From the NCBI GenBank assembly GCA_001661245.1, contig KV454018.1, positions 1 through 64,000 of the forward strand: a DNA stretch of 64,000 nucleotides, read 5' to 3'. This stretch comes from Pachysolen tannophilus NRRL Y-2460 (Eukaryota). Shown one piece after another: positions 53,827 to 64,000 of the stretch. Every line of letters starts with the position of its first letter. Within the stretch, counting starts at the first letter, position 1. Below the pieces are notes generated by a model that did not search any database, had not been told where the DNA came from, and saw only the letters and a program-made list of their open reading frames with translations. The position numbers were made by a program, and so were the translations under genes.

Positions 53827-55449
53827 ATGTCTCAAAGCATATCAGACCAGTTTGAGATTTTGGAGTTGATAGGAAGAGGGTCCTTTGGAAATGTGAGAAA
53901 AGTGGTACGGAAAATGGACGGAAAGTTGTTTGTTAGGAAGGAGATTTCGTATATTTCTATGAATCCAAAGGAAAGATCCCAGTTGATTGCAGAATTCCGA
54001 ATATTGAGAGAATTAAAACATCCAAATATTGTACAGTACATACACCATGATCATATTCCAGAAGATCATATGGTTCACCTTTACATGGAGTACTGTGATG
54101 GTGGAGATCTTGGAGGAATCATAAGAAAATGCAGGAATAACGGAGAGTATGTCCCAGAAGAAATTGTATGGTCTATATTTACACAAATCTTATTGGCACT
54201 TTATCGTTGTCACTATGGAACTGAATCCCCACCAGTAGGATTGAATAATCTTTTCAATAGTAATGGTGATCCACCTCCTTCTACAATAGATCAAAGAAAT
54301 GTTGTCATTCATAGGGATATTAAACCCGACAATGTATTCTTATTAAAAGATAATTTTGTTAAATTAGGAGATTTCGGCTTGGCAAAGATGTTAAACCATG
54401 AAAATGATTTTGCTAAAACTTATGTCGGAACCCCATATTACATGTCACCAGAGGTTTTGCTGGACAAGCCTTATGACCCAGTTTGTGATATTTGGTCTTT
54501 AGGTTGCGTCATTTACGAATTATGCTCTTTACATCCTCCTTTTCAAGCTAAATCACATGTTCAACTACAAGAAAAAATTAAAGAAGGTATATTTTCACCA
54601 ATGCCAGATCACTACTCGAATAAGTTGAAAAAAGTTATAAGTGCATGTATAATGGTTAACCCTCAAGACAGACCTTCCGCATATCAGTTACTTCAAGATA
54701 CTTCCGTCAAAATTTTTAGAAAGGATTTGGAATTCAAATATAAAGAAATTGCATTACGTGAATACGAGAAAGAATTATTAAACAGAGATCAACTGCTTTT
54801 AAGAAGTGAAGAAGATTTAAATTCAAAATTAGCAGAAGAATTAGATTATCAGAGGAAAGCAGTCGAGCAAGAAGTTGAAGAAATAAGGAGAGGATATCAA
54901 AATGAGTTTGAATTTGTTGTAGAAAAAGAAGTTGAGACACGTTTTAACAAATTGTTGAATTCTAAGAAACTTACAAGAGCAAATAGTGGGGGAAGCGATC
55001 ATGACTCTGAATACTCACATAAGCCAAAACAGCAGCATCAGCAATCTCCAGCGATGGCCGACATATCAATGACTGTCTCTCCTTCTCCTACAGGCAATCA
55101 AAATATTTTGAAAATAAAAGGTCCTAGGGAACTATCTTTTGAAACACCTTTAAAATTCAGGCAACCTTTAAGGTTAATAAACCAAGATCTAGTTCCAGAG
55201 ACCACTCCAATTCCAAATAAGAACCTCAAAAGATTGCAACTGCATATTCAAACCCCAGTACCCATTAAGCACAGTGGTGGCAATGATATTATCAGACAGC
55301 TGCATCATGCTCGTTTGACAAACACACCAATTATGAACACCAAGAAGATGATAAATAACAATAAAAGGGGAGGAGGACTCAACCCCGGTCTCAACGATGT
55401 TAGTCCATACGACGATCAAAATAGAAGATATGGTGGTCATGTTTATTAA
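53827..55449 (+). CDS. KIN3: NIMA-family Ser/Thr kinase
   Basis: GRGSFG, RKEISY, LYMEYC.GGDL, ALYRCHYG, HRDIKPDN, DFG and TYVGTPYYMSPE; coiled coil after the kinase domain. Confidence 0.93.
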   Translation: MSQSISDQFEILELIGRGSFGNVRKVVRKMDGKLFVRKEISYISMNPKERSQLIAEFRILRELKHPNIVQYIHHDHIPEDHMVHLYMEYCDGGDLGGIIRKCRNNGEYVPEEIVWSIFTQILLALYRCHYGTESPPVGLNNLFNSNGDPPPSTIDQRNVVIHRDIKPDNVFLLKDNFVKLGDFGLAKMLNHENDFAKTYVGTPYYMSPEVLLDKPYDPVCDIWSLGCVIYELCSLHPPFQAKSHVQLQEKIKEGIFSPMPDHYSNKLKKVISACIMVNPQDRPSAYQLLQDTSVKIFRKDLEFKYKEIALREYEKELLNRDQLLLRSEEDLNSKLAEELDYQRKAVEQEVEEIRRGYQNEFEFVVEKEVETRFNKLLNSKKLTRANSGGSDHDSEYSHKPKQQHQQSPAMADISMTVSPSPTGNQNILKIKGPRELSFETPLKFRQPLRLINQDLVPETTPIPNKNLKRLQLHIQTPVPIKHSGGNDIIRQLHHARLTNTPIMNTKKMINNNKRGGGLNPGLNDVSPYDDQNRRYGGHVY

Positions 55450-55708
55450 ATATGAACTAACTTGAATTCTTATAGGTATTTTAAAATTAGATATCGTTTT
55501 ATCAAGGAACGATGAATATACATATATGTATCTCACACTTAATATTCTTAATAATTTACTTACAAATAAATATTTATCAAAGTACAAAAATTAATCATCC
55601 AATTATTAAAAGTCTACTTATAAAAGCGAGCATTAAATCATTATTTGAAAAATATAATGAACACAGATAAAACAATAAAAACGAACAGAAACACAATTCT
55701 TCAGAAAT

Positions 55709-57356
55709 CTAAAAAATATCACCAACACCTTTTAAATCTTTAGCAGCTCTCCTTTTCCAGTAATCACCGTGAAATTGCCAATATTCAGCACCTGTCACAG
55801 GATGCGTTTTCTTACTAAACCAAACAGGTTCATAAACTTCATTATTAATTTCTCTGTGTTTTCTAGCCTGTCTCTGCTTAACTTCAACCCGATTTTTCTC
55901 AACAGCTGCATCATCATACCTTCCTTCTTCCATTGCTCTTTGATCTGGCCTAAATCTTGTATCAGTAGGAGCCAACCACTCAATTAAGTGAGGCTGAAGA
56001 GCATTTAAAGATGTAACAAACTCCGTTAAATTAAAAGGAATCTTTGGTCTTGGATTTACCTGCCAAACCAAAAATTTACTGGAATCCGTGAGATTATCAG
56101 ATATATTTTTAGCATAAATCTTTGAGTTCCAATGTCCTCCTATCTGCCATCTTGGACGTTTCTTAGAATCTAAAATAGTACCTTTAACTTCGTAGGCTGA
56201 AGATTCTCTCCAGCCTCTTGGTTTGAAACTCAATACCACAGTGTCACCAGTGTTATGATTCACGATTTCCATATCACCATAATTATCCACAGTAGGATTA
56301 CCAACGATAATTCCTATAACGGAACTAGTGACTTTTTTCCAAGTATATAATTCTTCCTTGGTTCTGACTCCACTCTTTATATTCAATGAACCATTCTTAG
56401 GCCTTAAATTTAAAAACCAGTCACCCAATGGTTTGATATCAAACGATCTACCATAGAATTTGGACTTGACAGCACTTTCACCATAATAATCCCATAATGG
56501 ACTTTCAGCCATTGCAGCACCAATTGGTGGATTATGGGAAACCTGTTCTACAAAGAAACGATATCCTTTATCAGGCCTCGAATACTCGTAAGTTTCTCCA
56601 AGTAATGGATTGAATGGTTTGGCTATTCTATTTGTGGTAGATGCGTATTCCGAAGCGGCAAACGCTGCAACATAAACCATTCTCAAAGTTGAATCGTCAA
56701 TAGAGGCAGCCTGATCCAAAAGATCTGAATATTCCATATCTTCGGCAACTCTTTGTAACAAAGAAGTAGGCTCGTTAAAGGAAACAGGTAATGTAATCCT
56801 AGTCATATCTTTCCCAACCATTGATTTCAAAATGCTCCATAACGAAAGTTTAGGCCTATTATCTTCCTCCATGGCTAATCTTTTCCTAATAGGATCTTCG
56901 TATCCTAAAAAGGAACCTTCCTTCTCCAACAATTCCTTTTTGATCTTCTGTGCTTGAGTCAAACTTGCTTCATCAATCTGTGATTGGGTATTAAAAACAT
57001 TGTTTGAAGCATCTTTAGACGCATCTAATTTCTTTCCTGGGTCATTTGAAGCCGATTCATCTTTAGTAGATCCATTTGGTACAGAAGATGATGAAGAGCC
57101 TTCAGTAGTCGCTTGAAGATTAGGTTTCAGCTCCTCTCTTCTTTTGCTATTTTTCGTATTTACTGCTACTGTGTTATTGGTGTCATTTTCAGGTGGAATC
57201 GCAGATGTTGCAGCAGTTTCAGTTTCATCGTTATTTTCCACATCAAAAAATTCTTCATCAGAATCATCATCCTCTTCTTCCTCCAAAAATTTTACAATTT
57301 CAGCATCATTCATATTCTTTGGGATATTGGTTTTTTCTGGAATCTCAGAAGGTATA

Positions 57357-57393
<37 letters not shown>

Positions 57394-58539
57394 CAACAGT
57401 CTGAGATCGCATATTACCTTGATCTTGTTCTTGATGCTGTTGCTGTTGGCTTGCTTCTTGTTTCTGCTGTTGATTCAGAAGTGTAATTAATCTGGAACTA
57501 TCTTCACTATCTGCTCTTGACATCAATGGATTACCATCCTGTAAAAATTTTTGCTTCAAAATTTTCTTCAAATGTCTTTGTTTATCTTCCAACAAAACAA
57601 TCTTATTTTCTCTTTCTTGAATCTCCATTTCTAAACTTTTTATAGAATTTTCCCATAAAGTTGAGATTTCTGTTTGTCTATCAAATTTCTTGATCATTTT
57701 AGCATCTCTCATTACAATAACTTCAGCTAATTCATTAAATAGCTTTTCAATTGTGGATACTGTAATAGAAGACACTTGTAATAGTTGTTCAAAGTTTTCC
57801 TGGATATTGCCGGGATCATTTTTAGAATGTGCTAAAAATTCTTTTAAACTTTGAATTTCGATTTTCAAATTATTTTGTAAAACTATTAAACGAGAACCAT
57901 ATGGACCCGTTCTCTTTTCAATTATATCACCAGTGACGGGATCAACCTGTTGGATATAATCGTCGTCCTCTTCTTCTTCATCTATTTCTGTTTCGTCAGG
58001 ACCTGCGGCATTGCAATTACCACCAGCATTGGCCGATTCATTCGAACTAATTTCTTGAGATGGAGGAGAAGACAGCATAGATGGTGTTCTCGAGACAAAA
58101 CTTGCATTTGAAGAGTTCACTCCCATTTGATTTTTTGAATCTAAATTTAACCTGTTATATTCATTAATTTCTTCTAATTTGTTCCTTGATTTTCCAGATG
58201 ATATTGGATTTAAACGATTTTTAATTCTTTTAAACTTTGAAGGCTTTGTGGAATTTGGTTGCCTATGTTGATAATCCGCATCACCATCATTATCAGACAT
58301 CGAAGACATCGAGATTGAAGATGCACCAGATGAAATTCTTTGATGACTCTGATATGAACTCGAAACACTTTGCAGTGAACTTGGATATTGTTGTTGTTGT
58401 AATTGTTGTAATTGCTGTTGCTGTTGCTGCTGTTGTTGAGTAAGATTGAACGTATCATTAGTTCTAGCTATATCAAAACTTTCTCTATTTCTTTGAGTTT
58501 GCTTTTGAGTGTTTGAAGTTACACCATTCCAATGATTCG

Positions 58540-58578
<39 letters not shown>

Positions 58579-60123
58579 TATTGCTATTATTACTATTATT
58601 ACTGATGATAGGAGATGTAACACTATTACCACTATTATTGGTAGCAATACTTAAACTATGGGTAAGTATATTTTCATTAATATTATTAGATTGTTGTTGT
58701 TGATGATGATGATCTAAAAGTTGTTTTTTTTGAACATCTTTTGCATATCTAATAGCATTCTGTAAAAACCAAACCCATCTATTTGTTTCAATATAGTGAT
58801 TTGATTTTAAATGCCATTTAATTGATGTTGTATTACCTGCAGGAATTTCAATTTCAAATTTTGATTTTTCAGAACTATCCATTTTTAATCTTGCATTAAC
58901 TAAATTAATAGCACCACGACAATTTTTATTTATATCATTTGGTGATTTATAATAAGATAATCTACCTTCAGAATCTAATATAAACCAACGTAATTTATAA
59001 CCTCCTGCAAAATTTGTCCATTTTTTTAAAAAACCTTTATAAGTTGGAGGTTGATCTGAAGAAGTATTACCATTACCCATTGGATCAATAATTGATTGTT
59101 CTTTTGAACTTTCTTTTAATAATTTTTTTAAAGGTGAATTAGATGAAGAAACTAAATCAACTGGTAATTTACCACTAGTATTTCTTTTAAAAGGATCACC
59201 ACCATGATCTAATATGAATTTACACATTTCCAAATCATTTTTTTTAACAAATTCATGTAATACACCATCACCAGTAATTGGATCAGTACCATTTATATCC
59301 AATAAATCCATAACTCTTGGATTTAAAAGTAATTTTTCCAACAGATTAAAATTTCTAGTTTCAAAAGCATTTCTTAATTCATTTGATTTAATTTCTACAA
59401 ATTTTGTTCTTAAATTTGACATTAATTGAATAACTGATAAATCTGAAGTTACTTCTATTGGATATTTATTTTTAATATTTGAAATACAATCATTAATATT
59501 TGGTAAACACATCAAATAATGAATGATATCATAACGAGAACTTTGTACAGCCAAATGTAAAGGTGTATTACCATCATTATCCTGAGTATTAATATCTTCT
59601 ACAAGGTTATTATCCACAATGAATTGTACAATTGACAATTGACCAACTTGAACTGCATAGTGTAAAAGTAATCTTGTTACATTTTGAATTTGTGGGTCTT
59701 TTTTATTAATTTCATTAGAGGCCTCATTTAATAAACTTGTTAATCTATTTGTATCATTATTTCTCAAACAATCTAAAAGCTTCAACCTTAATAAAGATGC
59801 ATTTAATTTTGGAATTGGCGCTTGCGCCTGTGTTGGCACTGGCGCTACTGTAGGTGATTCAACGGTTATTTCTGGAACATTATTATCAGCGCTAAAAATT
59901 GGAAAAAAAAAAAGAAAAAAAAAAAAAAAAAATGTTAGTATTACTAAACTTATTTAAAACATATCATCAAACAAAAGTGATCCATTGAACAGCTATCTAA
60001 CCTAGTGCTAACCTAGCTCTAACTAGCTCTAACTAGCTCTAGCTAGCAGTAAATAATTGTAAATAGCTCTAAATAGATGTAAATTTAAACATACTTGGAA
60101 CTATCAATTACTTCTGGAGACAT
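55709..60123 (-). CDS. Oxysterol-binding protein with ankyrin repeats, PH domain, FFAT and ORD (Osh1/Osh2 type), two exons (60123-60095, 59891-55709)
   Basis: GNTPLHLA ankyrin, KKWTNFAGGYKLRWF PH, EEFFD FFAT, EQVSHNPP signature; intron with GTATGT at 60094, TACTAAC at 59940-59934 and TAG ending 59892 joins in frame. Confidence 0.93.
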
Positions 60124-61010
60124 AATCCAGTAGATAGATTCTTTAACTTTAAATTCCACTTTTTATTAAAGAATTAAAAAATTATTAATTTATTGAAAAT
60201 AACCTCGAACTAAATGGATTAAATATATATATATATATTAGTTTAAATAATTTGCTAAATTGCTACTTTGTGATAACTAACTAAAGAGAAAGACAGACAG
60301 ACACACACACACATACACACACACAGTTTTTACCTCTTCTAGAAAAGATCATATTCAGTTTCCGAAAACAGATATTTTAGTAGCACAGTGCACTATAACA
60401 CAATCTAATAAGAACAGCAGCAGCAAAAATAACAGCAAAACAACAAGAACAAAAACGACTTGAAAGAAAATAATGTCTGTCAATTAAAAAAAAAAACCCC
60501 TGTGTTCAAGAATTGCCCGAGATTAGCTGGTACACTACCATTTAGCAAATGCACTACTTTGTTTCTTGTAAAAACTATTTTTGGTAAATAAGAGCACTAC
60601 TGTTTGTTCTATAAGATTTTTATTTTTTAATTTTTATTTTTTTTGAGTCGTTGAGCACTACTGCAAGTGTTTGCACTACTGCAAGTATTTGCACTACTCT
60701 GTATTTTGTTTTGCTTTAGTGTTACACTACTTTTTTTGTAAGTTTTTAGGAGATGATGGCATTGTAATATTTATCCGTAATTAAATCAATCAAAAAAATA
60801 AAAAATAAAAAAGAAAAATCTCTCCTTTTGTTTTGAACAGCTTTACTAAATATGAATAATTTAAACCACGTCATTATTCATTCATTTAAGAAGAAATTGA
60901 AATAAATTTTATCTTAAAATTAAAAAGATTTGAAATTAGAAAAGATTAATAAAAAAATTTTTTTTTTTTATTTTTCTTTTCTTTTCTAATTATTTAAAAT
61001 AAAGTAAAGG

Positions 61011-61794
61011 ATGTTTTTCCAATTACTTTCATATTTTGGAATTGTTGCAGGTTTTGTATCGGTAACGCTTGCAATAGGTAAGTTATTTTATCAATAATAA
61101 TAAAAAATAAAAAACAAGAGATTAGATAATTGTGATACTAATATTAATGGTTTATGTTTAATATAAAATTTTTTTTGTTTTAGCTTCTGGATTATACTAT
61201 TTATCAGAATTAGTTGAAGAACATACTGAATTTACCAAAAGAATTTTGAAAAGATCAATTTTAGCAATTATAATAATTTATATATTATTATGGTTATTTG
61301 ATTCATTCCCATTTAAATTAACAATTTTTTCATTATTTACTTATTACATTTATTATCAAAATTTAAAACATTTTCCTTATATTAAATTATCAGGTTCTAC
61401 ATTTATTGGATCATGTATTTTGGTTATACTTAATCATTATTTATGGTTTAAACATTTTGCAAATCCTTATCTTCCGTCAATTGAAGAAAGATTAAAAGCA
61501 GATTATAAACCTCCTCATGTTGCTACTTTTGCAGAAATTGCAAGTTTTTTCGGAATATGTGTATGGTTTGTACCATTTGCTTTATTTATATCATTAAGTG
61601 CAAGTGAAAATTATTTACCAAGTAATTTAGCTGATGTAAACAGAATTAATGGAATTGATGATAATAATGAAAAAAGAAAAAATAAAGGAGTAGGATTAGT
61701 TAAATTGGTTATTGGGTTTTGTCTACAAAAATATTATGAAATTGGAAGAACTCTTGGATATGAATTAGATCCAAATCATGGAAGAATAATTTAA
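61011..61794 (+). CDS. SVP26: ER-Golgi cargo adaptor Svp26/Erv26, two exons (61011-61077, 61184-61794)
   Basis: G|GTAAGT donor, TACTAAT branch at ~61136, TAG acceptor at 61183; splice gives TLAIASGLYYLSELVEEH; NHYLWF and FGICVWFVPFALFISLSA motifs. Confidence 0.9.
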
Positions 61795-61829
61795 TTTAAT
61801 CTAAATTAATTGATTGTATTTTATAGACC

Positions 61830-61860
<31 letters not shown>

Positions 61861-62177
61861 ACTATTCTCTTCTTTTATTTTATTTCTACTTTTTTTTTCT
61901 ATTTCTCTATCCCTCTTTCTCTTTAAAAATACTGATATCATAACTCCAGGTATTTTTGTTCAACACTAATTCACATCTCTTGTAATTATTAAATAAACCA
62001 TATTTCTATTAAAAATTGATAGCTCAATTTCACGCTTAGCTTAATAGTGGAGAAAGTACCTAAAAAATAAATGAAAAAGATAACTAAATTATATTTCATA
62101 TTATATTATTTATTCATATATTGATATATTGATATATTAAGACGAGGTGGGTGTTTATCATTAGGAAGTAATCGATA

Positions 62178-64000
62178 ATGGGTCACTTGATAACTTTAGC
62201 AACTTGTAATTTGAATCAATGGGCTTTGGATTTTGAAGGAAACAGAGATAGAATTGTGGAAAGTATTAAAATTGCAAAATCAAAAGGTGCAAGATTAAGA
62301 GTTGGACCTGAATTAGAAGTCCCCGGTTATGGTTGTTTAGATCATTTTTTAGAAAATGATACTTATCTACATTCATGGGAAATGTATGCTTCTATATTAA
62401 CAAATGAAGATACTTATGATATTGTATTGGATATTGGTATGCCAATTGTACATAAAAGTAGAAAATATAATTGTAGAATCTTATCTTATAATGGTAAGAT
62501 TTTATTTATTAGACCAAAAATTTTTTTAGCAAATGATGGTAATTATCGTGAAATGAGATTTTTCACTCCATTTTTGAAAACAAATACTTGTGAAGAATAT
62601 GTTCTTCCAAGATTAATTCAAAAAATTACTGGACAAGTTTGTGTGGATTTTGGTGATGCTGTAATTAGTACTTTAGATACCGCAATTGGTTGTGAAACTT
62701 GTGAAGAATTATTTACACCTCTGTCACCTCATATTGCATTATCATTGGATGGTGTGGAGATTATTACTAATTCTTCTGGTTCTCATCATGAATTGAGAAA
62801 GCTTAATACTAGAATGGAATTAATTTCAGAAGCTACTGCAAAATGTGGTGGTATTTATCTTTACGCTAATCAAAAAGGTTGTGATGGTGATAGATTATAT
62901 TATGACGGTTGTGCATCAATTGCTGTCAATGGTAAGATTGTTGCTCAAGGTAGTCAATTTTCATTAGATGATGTTGAAGTTGTTACAGCAACAGTTGATT
63001 TAGAAGACGTTAGAGCTTATAGATCATCTATTTCTCATGGACTTCAAAGTAGAGAATCACCAAAATATAAAAGAATTCATGTTCCAATTGAATTGACACC
63101 TTCTTCAACTACTTTTGATATCAAGTTAAAACCAACAAAGATTAGAGAAATTAAGTATTATTTGCCAGAGGAAGAAATAGCTTATGGTCCTGCTTGTTGG
63201 TTGTGGGATTATGTTAGACGTTGTAAAGGTTCTGGATTTTTTTTACCGTTAAGTGGGGGTATTGATAGTTGTGCAACTGCTGTTATCGTATACAGTATGT
63301 GCTGTTTAGTAGTAGATGCAGCAAACAATGGAAATGCTCAAGTAATCGAAGATGCCAGAAGAATCGCCAATATGGAAGATGACAAAGATTGGAAACCAAC
63401 CGATCCTACTGAATTGGCAAATAAAATTTTCCATACTTGTTTTATGGGAACTACAAACTCTTCAAATGATACAAGGTCTCGTTCAAAAGAGTTGGCTTCC
63501 AAAATTGGTTCTTATCATGTTGATCTTAATATGGACTCATTAGTTACTGCTATCGTATCTATATTTGAAGTTGCCACCGGTAAGAAACCTGTTTTCAAAA
63601 TATTTGGAGGTTCAAACATTGAAAATTTGGCTTTACAAAATATTCAGGCCAGATGCCGTATGGTTCTAGCTTACTTGTTTGCTCAACTTTTACCTTGGAC
63701 CAGAGGTAGAACTAACACAGGTGGACTATTAGTTCTAGGTAGTGCAAACGTAGATGAACAATTACGTGGTTATTTGACTAAATATGATTGTTCTTCTGCA
63801 GATATTAACCCTATAGGTGGAATTTCTAAGACCGATTTGAAAAAGTTCATTAAGTTTGGCGTGAAAAGATTCGATCTCCCTATATTGCAGAGCTTTTTGG
63901 ATGCAACTCCTACTGCTGAGTTGGAACCTATCACGGAGAACTATGTTCAATCAGATGAGATCGATATGGGAATGACGTACGAAGAATTATCAATATTCGG
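62178..64000 (+). CDS. QNS1: Glutamine-dependent NAD+ synthetase (runs off the window end; absent from the ORF track)
   Basis: Own translation: [62 protein letters not shown] and [18 protein letters not shown]. Confidence 0.97.
   Translation, partial: MGHLITLATCNLNQWALDFEGNRDRIVESIKIAKSKGARLRVGPELEVPGYGCLDHFLENDTYLHSWEMYASILTNEDTYDIVLDIGMPIVHKSRKYNCRILSYNGKILFIRPKIFLANDGNYREMRFFTPFLKTNTCEEYVLPRLIQKITGQVCVDFGDAVISTLDTAIGCETCEELFTPLSPHIALSLDGVEIITNSSGSHHELRKLNTRMELISEATAKCGGIYLYANQKGCDGDRLYYDGCASIAVNGKIVAQGSQFSLDDVEVVTATVDLEDVRAYRSSISHGLQSRESPKYKRIHVPIELTPSSTTFDIKLKPTKIREIKYYLPEEEIAYGPACWLWDYVRRCKGSGFFLPLSGGIDSCATAVIVYSMCCLVVDAANNGNAQVIEDARRIANMEDDKDWKPTDPTELANKIFHTCFMGTTNSSNDTRSRSKELASKIGSYHVDLNMDSLVTAIVSIFEVATGKKPVFKIFGGSNIENLALQNIQARCRMVLAYLFAQLLPWTRGRTNTGGLLVLGSANVDEQLRGYLTKYDCSSADINPIGGISKTDLKKFIKFGVKRFDLPILQSFLDATPTAELEPITENYVQSDEIDMGMTYEELSIF

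Noticed and set aside
57113..58600. CAA/AAT trinucleotide tracts and poly-Cys/Leu/Val ORFs
   Set aside because: These are polyQ/polyN segments of the Osh protein read in other frames
60290..60325. (GACA)n/(CA)n tract resembling telomeric DNA
   Set aside because: Simple dinucleotide microsatellite without the 9-bp period

Overview
Left end of a chromosome from an AT-rich budding yeast (Saccharomycotina). The window opens with a telomere of 9-bp repeats (CACTCACAC; G-strand GTGTGAGTG) with variant proximal repeats and almost no subtelomeric filler. Next comes a ~14.5-kb accessory block that looks like a nitrogen-scavenging cluster: Ayr1-like SDR, DUR3-like sodium:solute symporter, divergent 2OG-Fe(II) dioxygenase, Zn2Cys6 regulator, divergent Dal5/Tna1-type MFS permease, DUF1445 (D-glutamate cyclase-like) protein and peroxisomal copper amine oxidase. 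From ~16 kb the window is conserved core genome (BEM46-like, MRPL25, ARG8, VNX1, KRE1-like, CDC33, SMD1, TSC13, tRNA-Ala, RTT103, HIS4, BIK1, SRB2, ELP2, HSP60, PMT6-like, GAPDH, CLC1, ADE1, KIN3, OSH1/2, SVP26, QNS1). Four of these genes have spliceosomal introns that the ORF track misses. Several CTG codons sit where homologs (recalled from memory) have Ala, which suggests the CUG-Ala genetic code (Pachysolen/Nakazawaea/Peterozyma clade). Unexplained non-coding structures are a palindromic GGATCC array, an interstitial telomere-like 9-mer array and a dense RCACTAC motif cluster. Three N gaps have duplicated flanks, most likely assembly artefacts. All gene names come from motif recognition, not database searches.
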